Below, one piece after another: positions 49,454 to 60,397 of a stretch of DNA of 64,000 bases; the first letter of the stretch is position 1, and the number at the start of each line of letters is the position of its first letter. The position numbers were made by a program, and so were the translations under genes. The DNA is from an uncultured Spirochaetota bacterium (lineage in GTDB: Bacteria > Spirochaetota > Spirochaetia > SZUA-6 > Fen-1364). Under the pieces are notes generated by a model. The model did not search any database. It saw nothing but the letters and a program-made list of their open reading frames with translations, and had not been told where the DNA came from. The stretch is from positions 608,001-672,000 of the forward strand of contig CAVTHO010000008.1 of the NCBI GenBank assembly GCA_963734545.1, written 5' to 3'.

Positions 49454-50295
49454 GCCTTCAGCCCTGATAGCACAATGCCCTCGATGAAGTACTTCTGGCC
49501 AACGAAGTACAGGAGGACCGGCGGAGTGATGGCCATGCAGGATGCGGCCATGATCGATTTCCAGTCCGTCCCGAATCCCGACCGGAAATTGGCGAGGGCC
49601 TGCGAAATCGTATTCTGCTCGTTCCGCGAGATGTAGATGAGGGGACCGAGGATGTCGTTCCAGTACAGGATGAATGTGAACAGCCCGATTGCGATCATGA
49701 CCGGCCTGATGAGGGGGACGAGTATCTGGAAAAGGACCCTGACGTGGCCGGCGCCATCGATGATCGCCGCCTCGTCGAGATCCCGGGGGATCGTCATCAG
49801 GAACTGGCGGCAGAGGAATATGTTGACGGCGAACCCGCCGAGGAATGCGGGAACAATGAGCGGGACGTAGCCATTGCTGAGCCCAACCGCGCTCCAGGCC
49901 ACGAAGATCGGGATGATCGTGACGGCGCCCGGCATGAGCATGCTTCCGATTATGAGCGAGAACCAGAGCTTCTTCAGGGGAAAATCGAGCCTCGCGAACG
50001 CGTATGCCGCGAGCGTGGAGGTCAGGAGCACGCCGAGGATCGACGGGAGCGTGATCGTCAGGGTGTTGACCATGTACCGCAGGGAAGGGAAGACCGACAG
50101 GGCGTAGGGATAGTTGTCCAGGCGCCAGGTCGTGGGCAGGAGAAGCGGAGGATACTTGTGGATCTCGATATTGGACATGAAAGAGGACCGCACCATCCAG
50201 AAGAACGGGAAGAGCACTGCGAGACCGATCACGGCCACGATGAGGGTGACGAATATGTTCATCTCTCTGTTTGAGCGTGTCATGGCGTGCCTCAT
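49450..50295 (-). CDS. Sugar ABC permease (MalG-like)
   Basis: LDEAAIIDGAG, WNDILGPLIY and QKYFIEG. Confidence 0.9.
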   Translation of the reverse strand: MRHAMTRSNREMNIFVTLIVAVIGLAVLFPFFWMVRSSFMSNIEIHKYPPLLLPTTWRLDNYPYALSVFPSLRYMVNTLTITLPSILGVLLTSTLAAYAFARLDFPLKKLWFSLIIGSMLMPGAVTIIPIFVAWSAVGLSNGYVPLIVPAFLGGFAVNIFLCRQFLMTIPRDLDEAAIIDGAGHVRVLFQILVPLIRPVMIAIGLFTFILYWNDILGPLIYISRNEQNTISQALANFRSGFGTDWKSIMAASCMAITPPVLLYFVGQKYFIEGIVLSGLKA

Positions 50296-51179
50296 TCTCC
50301 CTCGTAGAACATCCACTTCTTCGAAGTGGCGAAGATGACCGCGGTGAGGGCGGCGATGAATATGAAGAATATGAGGGACAGGGCGCTGGCGTGCCCGAAG
50401 CTGTTCTGCATGAATCCCTCCCGATAGATGAGGAAGACCATGAAGAGGGACCTGCCGCTCGGTTCCCCCTTTGTCAGGGCGTATGCGGGCACGAACACTT
50501 GCAGGTTGGTGATCATGCTCATCAGGAAATTGTAGAAGATGACGGGGGTCATCATGGGGATCGTGATGTGGCGGAACTTGTGCCAGGTGGTGCCGCCGTC
50601 TATGTCCACGGCCTCCAGGTACGTGCGGGGCACATTCTGAAGCCCTGCCAGGAAGATGACGATCATGCTGCCCATCCCCCAGACCGTCATCACGATGAGT
50701 GACGGCACGGCGAATGTCCCGCTCTGCAGCCATTGAACCTTGTTGATCCCGACGAGGTGCAGGATGTAGTTGAAGACGCCGAAGTTCGACTCGTACATCC
50801 AGGACCACACGATGCACGTGCCGATGGAAGGCACGATGTAGGGAATGAAGAACACGGAGCGCCAGAAGCCGCGTCCCGGGATCTTGCGGTTGAGCATCAG
50901 CGCAATGGTGAAAGCGTAGATGATTCCAGAAATCACCGCTCCCAGCGCGAAATAGAGAGTCGCTGCCACGGACTTGGCGAAATAGAAGTCCGTGGTGAAT
51001 ATCTCTCTGTAGTTGTCCAGCCCGGTGAAAACAGGCGGCTCCAGTCCCGTCCAATTGGTCAGGCTGATCGCAATCACGCCGATCATCGGGAATATCGTGA
51101 TGAAGAACAGTCCCAGGAGCGCCGGCGTGAGAAACAGGTACGCAGTGAGAGTCGTCCCGGGGGATCTTCTCGTTTTCAT
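50292..51179 (-). CDS. Sugar ABC permease (MalF-like)
   Basis: AYLFLTP and YLEAVDIDGG. Confidence 0.9.
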   Translation of the reverse strand: MKTRRSPGTTLTAYLFLTPALLGLFFITIFPMIGVIAISLTNWTGLEPPVFTGLDNYREIFTTDFYFAKSVAATLYFALGAVISGIIYAFTIALMLNRKIPGRGFWRSVFFIPYIVPSIGTCIVWSWMYESNFGVFNYILHLVGINKVQWLQSGTFAVPSLIVMTVWGMGSMIVIFLAGLQNVPRTYLEAVDIDGGTTWHKFRHITIPMMTPVIFYNFLMSMITNLQVFVPAYALTKGEPSGRSLFMVFLIYREGFMQNSFGHASALSLIFFIFIAALTAVIFATSKKWMFYEGE

Positions 51180-51201
51180 GTTCGCTTCCTTGAATGTGAA
51201 T

Positions 51202-51245
51202 GCGGGGTTTCCCCGTCCGCGGTTGCGGCCGCGGAAACCCCCCGC
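51202..51245 (-). terminator. Intercistronic stem-loop after the SBP gene
   Basis: GCGGGGTTTCC...GGAAACCCCCCGC imperfect inverted repeat. Confidence 0.5.
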
Positions 51246-51257
51246 TTGCAATGAACC

Positions 51258-52586
51258 TTATCTTGGCCTGTTCTCGTCGAACAACTTCTGCACCTGGGGA
51301 AGAATCCCGTTGATGTAGTCCTTGGCGGTCACGTTTCCGTTCCAGACGTCGTTGATGCCGGAGTTGATGAGGGTATCGAGCTTGTCGTAGCTGGGGAAAT
51401 AGTACCAGGGGACCTGGACCGCGTTTTTCATTGCATAGTCGATGACCGCGGTCTTGTACTGGGCGAACGGAGGGTGGATGTCATTGTCGGCCCACTTCCT
51501 CATTGCTGCCTCGTTCGCATACCACTTTGCCGAAACAGGCATCCAGATGCCCCCGGTGATGAGGTCCCAGCCATTGGACTCGTCGCTCATCCACTTGACG
51601 AACGTCTTGGCTGCCGCCAGGTTCTTGGAAGAGCCAAATGCGACAAATGGACCGCCGGTGTTGTACGTGACTGCCTTTTTCATCTTGGGAAGCACGCCCA
51701 CGCCGTAGACAAGGCCGTCCTTGAGGGAGTTCTTCAGGGAGACGCCGATTTCCCACTGACCGGAGGTTGCCATGGCGACCTTGCCGGTGAGCAGGTTGAC
51801 GTCCAGGCTGGGCATGTTGTTCTTGTCACCGATGGAGGGAGCCACGTGGTCCTTCGTATACAGGTCTGCAATGGCCTGCAGGGCCTCGATGCTCTCGGGC
51901 GTGCCGATGAGCAGCTTCTGGCCGTCAGCGCTCATGACGCCGCCGCCGTTGGAAACCGCGAGCACCGGCCACATCCATGAAACCCTGTTGAAATCAGCGC
52001 CGAAGGTGACGATGTTGTTCGGGTCAAAGCCTGAATCATTCGGGGTCTTGCCGTTCTGGTCCTTCGTGAGCTTCTTGGCAGCCGCGACGAACTCCTTCCA
52101 GGTCCATGCCTTGTCCGCGCTGGCCGGAGGATAGGCGACCTTTGCCTCATCGAACATCTTCTTGTTGTAGTACACGAGCAGGACTTCGTCCGCGCAGCTG
52201 TAGCCCACGACCTTGCCCTTGTACGTGAAGGCAAGCGACTTGAGCGGGGCTTCATCCGGCTTGTACACGCCCGCCATGTCGGCAAGGAGGCCGGCGGCCG
52301 CGTACCGGATGGTCATGGGTTCCGCCATGATGCAGGTGTCCGGCAGCTGCTTTGCCGCGGCCATTGTATTCAGCTTGGTCTCATAGTCGTTGCGGCTGAC
52401 CGCGATCATGGTGACGTGGATATTGTCCTGCGATGCATTGAACTTATCCAGGGTCTTCTGGATGTCCGCGGCCTCGGACTCGGTCGTGTTGTACCAGGCC
52501 ATGTAGGTGATCTCGATTTTCGCCGCAAATGCGGAGGCGGCGAGCAGTACGAAGGCCAGCGCCAGGACGTACTTCAGCTTCTTCAT
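51258..52586 (-). CDS. Sugar ABC substrate-binding protein
   Basis: AAAGGAG RBS, signal peptide, YYNKKMFD and GKVAMATSGQW. Confidence 0.92.
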   Translation of the reverse strand: MKKLKYVLALAFVLLAASAFAAKIEITYMAWYNTTESEAADIQKTLDKFNASQDNIHVTMIAVSRNDYETKLNTMAAAKQLPDTCIMAEPMTIRYAAAGLLADMAGVYKPDEAPLKSLAFTYKGKVVGYSCADEVLLVYYNKKMFDEAKVAYPPASADKAWTWKEFVAAAKKLTKDQNGKTPNDSGFDPNNIVTFGADFNRVSWMWPVLAVSNGGGVMSADGQKLLIGTPESIEALQAIADLYTKDHVAPSIGDKNNMPSLDVNLLTGKVAMATSGQWEIGVSLKNSLKDGLVYGVGVLPKMKKAVTYNTGGPFVAFGSSKNLAAAKTFVKWMSDESNGWDLITGGIWMPVSAKWYANEAAMRKWADNDIHPPFAQYKTAVIDYAMKNAVQVPWYYFPSYDKLDTLINSGINDVWNGNVTAKDYINGILPQVQKLFDENRPR

Positions 52587-52602
52587 CAGTTCTCTCCTTT
52601 GG

Positions 52603-52673
52603 GCGATACGAGTCTCGTATCGCTGCTGTGCGACTGTACGTTCAAGGGCCGGTTGGCTATATTTTGAACGTAC
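52603..52673. promoter_or_regulatory. Operator-like palindromes upstream of the SBP gene
   Basis: GCGATACGAG-T-CTCGTATCGC (52603-52623). Inverted pair GTACGTTCAA (52636) and TTGAACGTAC (52664). Confidence 0.55.
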
Positions 52674-52683
52674 CCAACGGCTT

Positions 52684-52725
52684 GCGGTACCGGGAACATG
52701 CTTCTCAGGCGGAACCCGGTACCGC
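52684..52725 (-). terminator. Inverted repeat downstream of the GntR-LacI regulator
   Basis: GCGGTACCGGG-N20-CCCGGTACCGC. Confidence 0.45.
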
Positions 52726-52745
52726 GGCTGTTCTTGTTCCTCTCC

Positions 52746-53891
52746 TCACCCCCCCGGCTTCACCTCCTTGCATGATTTCCTGACAACCAGGTCTATGGGA
52801 AATTCGATCCTTACCGACGGCAGGTTACCGTTCTCCACGCGCTCGAGCAGCCTTCTCCCTGCCGTTCGTGCCATGTCTCTCGAATGGATCCGCATGGTCG
52901 TGAGCGGCGGCGAGGCGTGGCGCGCGAGCTCCGAATCGTCGAAGCCGATGACGGAAATGTCATCCGGCACCCTGAGGGAGTGCTCGGAAAGCGCGGAAAG
53001 CGCGCCGATGGCCAGGAGGTCGTTCGCGCAGAACACGGCGGTGAGGTCCGGGCAGCGCGCAATGAGTCGATTCATCGCCGCGTAGCCCGCCTCCGCGGAC
53101 CACCCCTCGTCGCCGCCGACAAGCCGCTCGTCGGGGACGCCGCCCGCCTGCTCGATGGCTTCTTTCCACGCAAGGAATCGGACCCGGGCCGATTCGAGGC
53201 GCAGCGGCCCATTGACGATCGCGACGCGCGCATGACCCAGCTCATGGAGATAGTGCACCGCTTTCCGGGCTCCGGCAGCGAGATCCATTGTGACGAGGTC
53301 GAGTCCCTCGATGGCGGCGGTCGGCGCAAGGAGCACGGTCGGAACGCCGCTGGCCTTGATCAGCTCGAGCACCTCCGGATTTCTCGCCTCCTCCACAATG
53401 ACACCGTCCACTTTTTCGAGAAACGCGCGAAAGGCTTCGCGCTCTTCGGGATCATAGTCATCGAGGTACGAGAACAGGGTATGCCGGCCCGACCGGGCCG
53501 TTTCTTCTTCGATGCCGAGGAAGACGTCGAAGTAGAAGGCTTCGGACGCGATGGGCTTGCGCTCGGACTTCTCCTTGCAGACCACGTAGCCCAGCGTGCC
53601 CGTCGTGGTGCGCGGTCCGGCTTTGGGTCCCTGCTTCCGTTTTACAAATGTCCCCTGCCCGACCGAGCGCTCGAAGAGACCGCGCGCCGTCAGCGCCAGC
53701 ACGGCGTTTCGGACAGTCGTGCGGCTCACATCCAGCTCGACAGCGAGCTCACGCTCGGAGGGGATTTTTGTCCCCACGGGCCAGGCGTCAGATCCGATCC
53801 TGGCGAGCAGGAAGGATTCGACCTGTGCCTGCATCGAATCCCTGGCGTTCCTTTGAATGGTCTCTTTGGCTTCCACCACTTTCCTGCGCAT
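52746..53891 (-). CDS. GntR-wHTH/LacI-sensor hybrid regulator (AraR-like architecture)
   Basis: KIPSERELA...VSRTTVR...GQGTFV, then AVFCANDLLAIG, VPDDISVIGFDD and PPLTT. Confidence 0.92.
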   Translation of the reverse strand: MRRKVVEAKETIQRNARDSMQAQVESFLLARIGSDAWPVGTKIPSERELAVELDVSRTTVRNAVLALTARGLFERSVGQGTFVKRKQGPKAGPRTTTGTLGYVVCKEKSERKPIASEAFYFDVFLGIEEETARSGRHTLFSYLDDYDPEEREAFRAFLEKVDGVIVEEARNPEVLELIKASGVPTVLLAPTAAIEGLDLVTMDLAAGARKAVHYLHELGHARVAIVNGPLRLESARVRFLAWKEAIEQAGGVPDERLVGGDEGWSAEAGYAAMNRLIARCPDLTAVFCANDLLAIGALSALSEHSLRVPDDISVIGFDDSELARHASPPLTTMRIHSRDMARTAGRRLLERVENGNLPSVRIEFPIDLVVRKSCKEVKPGG

Positions 53892-53943
53892 AATTGGTTA
53901 CAACCAATTACAACCATTATTGCACACATGTTGATTTTGTCAA
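53891..53943 (-). promoter_or_regulatory. Promoter and autoregulatory palindrome of the regulator
   Basis: TTGACA-N16-AATAAT on the minus strand. TAATTGGTT-AC-AACCAATTA (53891-53910) abuts the ATG. Confidence 0.7.
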
Positions 53944-53964
53944 GCAAAATATTCGAAGAATTTT

Positions 53965-54787
53965 CTACTTTATCGAGCCCAGCAATCCCGCGACGAATTG
54001 GCGCTGCATGGCGAGGAAACAGTACCAGGACCGGCAGAACGGAAAGGACAACGATGATCATCAGGGCGCCGTACTCTATGGTGTAGGCGCGCATCATTGA
54101 TGACATCGCGATGGGGAGCGTCTTCTTCGTGTCCCCGAGAATGGTCATGAGAGGCCAGAGATAGCTGTTCCACTGCGCAAGAAAGATATAGATGGCCGCG
54201 GACGCGAAGCTCGCCTTCATGGACGGGAAAACGATGCCGAGAAAAATGCGGGATTCACTCGCCCCGTCCACGCGCGCCGCCTCCATGATCTCATTCGGGA
54301 ACATCCTGAAGTTCTGCCGCATGAAGAAGATGATGAAAACCGACATCACCGAGGGCAGAATGATCGCGGCGTGGGTGTTGAGCAGCTTGAAGAAGGCGAC
54401 CAGCCGGAACAGCGGGATGACGAGGGCGATCTGGGGGATGATCAGGGCCAGGAGGAGAACGGCAAATACGGCCTCGCGCGCCTTTGAGCGGTACTTCTCG
54501 AATCCGAAGGCCGCAAACGCGTTTACCGCCACGCCGAAGACCACGGTGAGGAGCGCAATCTTGGCCGAGTTGAAGAAGAACAGGAGGAGGTTGTAGTTCT
54601 TGATCGCCTTCTCGAAATTGCTCCCGAACTCGCGGCCGGGAATGACAATGCCGCGCACCACATCGTTCGGATTCAGCGTCATGCCTACGATCATCCAGAA
54701 GAACGGAAAGACGCAGAGGAACGCGCCGACAAGGAGCAGTATCCAGAGAATGAATCGGCCGAATGATCCGTACTTGACGACAGCCAT
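53965..54787 (-). CDS. Sugar ABC permease (MalG-like), frameshift near 3' end
   Basis: IMEAARVDGAS and WNSYLWPL. The natural end MQRQFVAGLLGSIK* lies in another frame. Confidence 0.88.
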
Positions 54788-55674
54788 CAGTCCCTCCGTC
54801 CCGAGCAGCCTGATCTGGATGAAGGCAAGGACGCCCGCAATGAGGACGATCACGTAGGACAGCGCCGTTGCATAGCCGAAGTCCGAGTTGAGCACGAATG
54901 CCTGCCGGAAGATGTAGAGGGCGGCGGTCATCGTGGCATTGCCCGGACCTCCCTCCCAGGTCAGGATGTTCGGTTCGTCGAAGAGCTGCATCGTGCCGCT
55001 GGTGGAGGTCACGGCGGAGAACAGAATGACCGGGACCAGGAGGGGCAGAGTGATGGCAAAGAACTTGCGCCGCTGGCTGGCCCCGTCCACCTCGGCCGCC
55101 TCGAATATGTCCGTGTCGATGTTCTGGAGCCCGACGAGAAAAAAGATCATGTTGTACCCGGTCCATCGCCATGTCAGGCCCATGATGATCGTCACCTTTG
55201 CCCAGAAAGGATCGCTGAGCCATCCGATGGGCTTGGCGATGAGACCGAAGTTGAGAAAGAGATTGTTGAGCAGCCCGTTCGACTGCAGGAGCATCCTGAA
55301 GATCACGGAGTAGGCGACAAGGGACATGACGCACGGGAGGAAATAGATCATCCTGAACGCTCCCCGGTACCTCTTGATTCCCTGGTTGAGGATAACCGCC
55401 AGGATGAGGGCCAGGAGTATCATCAGGGGGATCTGGACCACCATGAAGAGGAAGTTGTGACCGAGCGCCTGCCAGAAGATGCCGTCCGTGGCCATGCGGA
55501 CGAAATTGCCGAGCCCGACGAGGTATTGATGAAGCCCTTCCACTTGCGCGTGACGAGGAACAGTGACGACAGGATGGGATAGAGCATCAAGGCACAGAAC
55601 AAGGCAATTGCCGGGAGGGCGAAAAGCCAGCCGATTCGATTCAGGTACCGATAGTATGAGCCACTCTTGTTCAC
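54787..55674 (-). CDS. Sugar ABC permease (MalF/LacF-like), frameshifted
   Basis: WRWTGYNM, FEAAEVDGA and QLFDEP. GTG start after AGGAG. Confidence 0.88.
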
Positions 55675-55690
55675 GCGACACTCCTCGATC

Positions 55691-55756
55691 TCCGCGGAAT
55701 ACCGCGGAACTCAGTGGAATACCACGGCGAAGACAAATCCGTGGAGTACCACGGCG
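55691..55756 (+). repeat. Three mini-repeat units between the SBP terminator and the permease RBS
   Basis: TCCGCGG-AATA-CCGCGGA, CAGTGG-AATA-CCACGG and AAATCCGTGG-AGTA-CCACGG. Confidence 0.85.
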
Positions 55757-55760
55757 GCCC

Positions 55761-55809
55761 AAAAAAACTTCCGCCCCTATTTCCGCGAATGTCTCGGAAG
55801 GGGCGGAAG
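55761..55809 (-). terminator. Rho-independent terminator or attenuator after the SBP gene
   Basis: CTTCCGCCCCT...AGGGGCGGAAG followed by T7 on the minus strand. Confidence 0.7.
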
Positions 55810-55829
55810 CTGATTACTGCAGCGCGGCC

Positions 55830-57118
55830 TTACTGGCCGACAGTCTGCTTGTACTCCTGCTCAGCGGCGGCGATGACATCGTCGGGGCTGGCAAGGTCAC
55901 CCTTGTACATGCGAAGTGTCGCATTATTGAGGGCCGTGCGCATGGAAACTAGTAGGTGGTATAGTACATGAGGACGGGAACCTTCTCCATCCATGCGGCA
56001 AAGTCCTTGAACACTGCCTGGCTCTTGTAGAAGTACTCGTCCGGGGCCGTGTAGTTGGAGCCGCTCCTGCTCGGCAGGTAGGTTCCCATGGCGCCGGCGC
56101 CCTTGAGAATGGTGTTGTAGAACTGCAGGGCGTCGGGTGCGCTGCTGGCCCACGTGCTCTTCAGGAAGTCCACCGCGGCCGCCTTGTTCGGGCTGGAAGC
56201 GAACACGTACCAGCTCGAGCCTCCGTTGTTGCTCGCGTTCGCGGCGCCCTCGCAACACCTTCGAGCAGCGGGGTCGGGAACGACCATCCACTTGCCCGCG
56301 TTCTCCGGCTTGGACTTCAACGTCCCGACCATCCACAGGGCCTGGAGGAAGCCCGCCGCGTCTCCGTTGTTGAACGCGGAAACCCAGTTGTTCCAGCCTT
56401 CAGCCATGAACATGAGGCCCTTGTCGTTCAGATCCTTCAGGACGGCGAGGGACTTCTTGACGGCGGGGGTGCGGAGGTTCAGGCTGCCGTCCTTGTTGAA
56501 GAACTGCGTGCCCGTGGACTGCACCATCATGCGCAGGATGTCGAAGCTCGTGGTGTCATAGGCCATGATCGGCTTCCCGATCTTCGCCTTGACGGTGACG
56601 CCGAGCGCGTGAGCTGACGTCCCACGTCAGGTTCTTCTTGTAGCTGTCAGGATTGAGGCCCGCGCTGCTTGAGCATATCGGTGCGCAGCCAGTAGCCGGT
56701 GGAGCCGGTGTCAAAGGGGATGCCGTAGACCTTGCCCTTGTCCGACATGACGGCGACCTTGTAGGCGGCGAACTTGGAGTAGTCCACTCCGGCTGCCTTC
56801 AGGTCGACGAAGATGCCGGGATAGTTCGCGACGAACCTTTCGATTCCGAAGTCCTGGAACAGGGCAATGTCGGGCAATCCCGCGCCCCCTGCCTGCAGGC
56901 CCGCTTCGATCTTTGCCTCGATGTCCTGCGGGATATCGACGATGTCGATCGTGACGTCCGGGTGCGTCTTGTTGTAGACGGCCGCGGCCTGCTTCATGGA
57001 GATACCCATTGAAGTTGGGGTCCCAGCACCAGATCGTTATGGTCGAGGCCGCCATCACGCTCGGAGCCGCGATGACAAAAGCGAGTACGACCATTAAGGC
57101 AAATACGACTCTCTTCAT
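55830..57118 (-). CDS. Sugar ABC substrate-binding protein, frameshifted
   Basis: AAAGGAGG RBS, signal peptide, TIWCWDPNFN, YGIPFDTG and SNNGGSSW. Confidence 0.88.
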
Positions 57119-57159
57119 AAAACTGCCTCCTTTGGCAGAGAAAGTTTTAGAGCACGATT

Positions 57160-57187
57160 ATTATAGGCTGCCCCTTTCATCTGTCAA
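57160..57187 (-). promoter_or_regulatory. Consensus sigma70 promoter
   Basis: TTGACA-N16-TATAAT on the minus strand. Confidence 0.75.
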
Positions 57188-57394
57188 GGATGATTTGTCC
57201 GCGTGACACTTTTTGAGCCGTGATATGCTTGTTCTTGCCTGCGGTAAGGAGCTTCTCTGAAGCCTGGTCCACACCTGTACCGTCACCCGCAGTTTCGGCG
57301 TTCCACGAACGCCTGAAAATATTTTCAGTTTTCAATTCGCAAAGGGGATCTCAGATGGAGCAGCACGCGGTAGGGGTAGTAAGGCAGGAAAGCT

Positions 57395-59519
57395 TCACGA
57401 GCCCTTTGACGGCACGTGGATGATCTCTCGCGGTTTGCTTCCCTGGGCGGGACCCACGATGCCGCGCATCTCCATCTCCTCCACGAGCCGCGCCGCGCGG
57501 TTGTAGCCCACCTTGAGCCGCCGCTGGAGGTAGGAGGCCGAGGCCTTTCCCTGTGAGACGATTATCTCGAGGGCCCGCTCGAACAGCGGATCATTTCCCG
57601 GCTCGCCCTCGAAGTCGTTGGTCTCCTCATCGTCGAAGAACACCTCGTCCTCGATGTACTGCGGGGGCCCGAGCTTTTTCACGTACTCGGTGACCGCGTC
57701 GGTCTCCTCGTCGTCGATGTACGCGCCCTGGATGCGGACGGGAAACGGGTTCCACGCGGCCGAGAAGAGCATGTCGCCCTTGCCGAGGAGCTTCTCCGCG
57801 CCCACCGCGTCGATGATGATGCGCGAGTCGAACTTGTTGGCCACCATGAAGGCGATGCGGGAAGGGATGTTGGCCTTGATGAGACCGGTGATGACGTCGA
57901 TGGACGGCCGCTGGGTGGCCAGCACCATGTGGATGCCTACCGCCCGGGCCATGGCGGCAAGCCGCGCGAGGGTGGATTCCAGCTCCTTGCCCGTGGTGGC
58001 CATCAGGTCGGCGAACTCGTCGATCACGATGACGATGTAGGGAAGCCGCTGCACCCGCTCCTTCTTCGCTTTCTTGTTGAACGCGCGGATGTCGCGCACC
58101 CCCAGGGCGTCCAGGAGAGTGTAGCGCCGTTCCATTTCCGAGATGCAGTACTGCAGGGCCTGGAATGCCTTCTTGGGATCCGTGATCACGGGCGTCAGCA
58201 GGTGCGGGCACCCATTGTAGCGCTTGAGCTCCACGATCTTCGGGTCGATGAGGAACAGCCGCACCTCGTCGGGAGACTTCGCGGAAGAGGATCGAGCAGA
58301 TGATGGAGTTCACCAGCACGCTCTTGCCCGAGTTGGTGGCGCCGCCGATGAGCAGGTGCGGGGTCTGGATCAGGTCGATGACCTGCGCTTCGCCCAGGAT
58401 GTCCTTGCCGAGCGCGAGGGGGATCTCGTACGGCGACTTCTGCATCACGTCCAGGGAGATCATCTCCTTGAAGGAAACGATGGAGCGCACCCGGTTGGGC
58501 ACCTCGATGCCCACCGCGTGCCGTCCGGGGATCGGCGCGACGATGCGGACGCTCGGCGCGGCGAGGCGCAGCGCGATGTTGTCGGACAGGTTGGCGATCT
58601 TGGACACCCGCACCCCCTGCGCGGGCAGCACCTCGAAGAGCGTGATGACGGGACCCTTGCGGATGCCGGTCACCTCGGCATCGATGTTGAACTCCTTCAG
58701 CGCGTCGGTGAGGATTTTGGAGGCCCGCTTGGTCTCCTCGTCGATGATCCAGTACTCATTGTCGCCCCGGTTTTTCAGAACATCGTGCACGGGGATGTTG
58801 TACCTGGCCCCGGCTGCCGGTTTCGGAAAAGGAAGCTCTTCCTGCTCGGGGCCGGGCGTGAGCATCACGGAGGGCGCCCTCGGCCTGGCGCGCAGGGGAA
58901 GACCCCTTTCCACCGGTGAAAGGCCGACAGCGTCCGGTTCGACACGCTCGTCCTCGGCAGCAGGCTCCTCCGGCTCCGGTTCCTCTTCATTCTGCTCCTC
59001 GACGGCTTCCGGGGCCGCCTCCGCCTCGTTTGCCGCCAGGTGAGCATCGACAGTCGGCGCGCCGGCCGACTGGCTCGTCGAAGCAGCGGTGCGGGTCCCG
59101 GACGGCAGGGTGAAGAGAAAGATGGTCTCCAGGGCAAGGAGAAGGAAGAGCAGAAGCGCGGACGGGACCATCCCGAATGAGTCGAGAAGAAGCTGGGGCA
59201 GCGCGGACGTGGATTTCGAAAGGACGTGAAAGAGCAGGCTCAAGGTGATGAAGGGTACGATGGAGAACATGAGCAGAAGGGCGGAGCGCCTGCGGAAGAC
59301 GGGCGCAAGCAGCAGCGCGACGCCGGCCAGGAGGTAGGCAGGCACGAAGAAGCCGGCCCAGGAAAAACCTTCGATCAGGAACTTCCCCAGGGCACCCGCC
59401 GGACCAGGGACTCCCCCCAGGTGCAGACCCAGTGAGGTGGCGCACACCAGACAGAGAAAAAGCAGGACGGCAATGAGGGAAACGACCGCAGGAGAGAGCC
59501 TCCTGCCGAATGCAATCAC
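57395..59519 (-). CDS. ftsK: DNA translocase FtsK/SpoIIIE (frameshift near 58280)
   Basis: N-terminal TMs, RIVAPIPG, Walker A GATNSGKS, IDEFADLM, ATQRPS and the gamma domain SASYLQRRLKVGYNRAARL. Confidence 0.95.
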
Positions 59520-59596
59520 ACGAGCCCCCTGATTGATATATCGGTAGCCGGAGGGCCGGATTGACAAGAACCGCGCGCATGACGATGTTCTCCCTC

Positions 59597-60295
59597 ATGA
59601 GCAGAATGTCTCGCACGGGGATCTGGCCGGTCCTCACCCTCATGACAATCGCCCTCCTTCCTGCCGGCGCGCAGCGAACGGAAATTCACAGGGTGCAGGA
59701 TGCCCAGGACGTGTTCCAGACCCTCACGACGGTACCCGAATACCAGGTGCCTGCCGCACTCTTGCGGCAGGTGTACGGTATCGCGATCTTCCCGGGCACG
59801 CAGAGGGCGGGGTTTATCATCGGCGGGCAGCGTGGCAGCGGCGTGCTCGTCGTGCGCGGCCCGGAGGGCTCCTGGAGCAGGCCGTTGTTCCTGACCCTGA
59901 CGGGAGGAAGCGTGGGGTTCCAGATCGGCATCCAGTCCGCCGACATCGTGCTGTTTTTCCGCACGAAGGACAGCGTGGATCGGGTCCTGCGGGGAAAGTA
60001 CACGATGGGGGTTGACGCCTCACTCTCGGCGGGCTCCGTGGGCAGGCAGGCGGGCGCGGTGACCGACCAGGACCTGCGCGCGGAGATCTATTCCTATTCC
60101 CGGACAAGAGGGCTGTTTGCCGGGGTCGCGCTGGCGGGCGCCGCCCTCGAAGTGGATTACGATGCAAGCGCCCACTATTATGGAAAAGAGATTTCAAAAC
60201 CTCTCGACGCGCTGACGGGAAACGGCCTTCCGAACCCGCAATCGGCCGTGGAGCTCAGCCGGGCCATCAGCGCCTGCATTGCGAACCTGAAATGA
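59597..60295 (+). CDS. SYLF/Ysc84-domain exported protein
   Basis: GFIIGG..G.G, GGSVGFQIG.QSAD and IYSYSRTRGLFAG. Confidence 0.9.
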   Translation: MSRMSRTGIWPVLTLMTIALLPAGAQRTEIHRVQDAQDVFQTLTTVPEYQVPAALLRQVYGIAIFPGTQRAGFIIGGQRGSGVLVVRGPEGSWSRPLFLTLTGGSVGFQIGIQSADIVLFFRTKDSVDRVLRGKYTMGVDASLSAGSVGRQAGAVTDQDLRAEIYSYSRTRGLFAGVALAGAALEVDYDASAHYYGKEISKPLDALTGNGLPNPQSAVELSRAISACIANLK

Positions 60296-60317
60296 GGGGT
60301 GACCGTCCATGCACTGT

Positions 60318-60346
60318 TTGACACTTGTCGATCCCGCCGATAAGAT
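60318..60346 (+). promoter_or_regulatory. Sigma70 promoter of the oxidase operon
   Basis: TTGACA-N17-TAAGAT. Confidence 0.7.
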
Positions 60347-60397
60347 GAGCGCACAGGGAGCAAATCCCAATCGAGACTCGCGACGAGGAGGTGAACC

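Noticed and set aside
53726-55762. 678-aa fused double permease
   Set aside because: A TGATG junction with an RBS at 54787 and out-of-frame natural ends show two genes joined by indels.
58320-58350. Inactive FtsK because of the GATNSGKS variant
   Set aside because: GxxxxGKS, Walker B and the gamma domain are intact.
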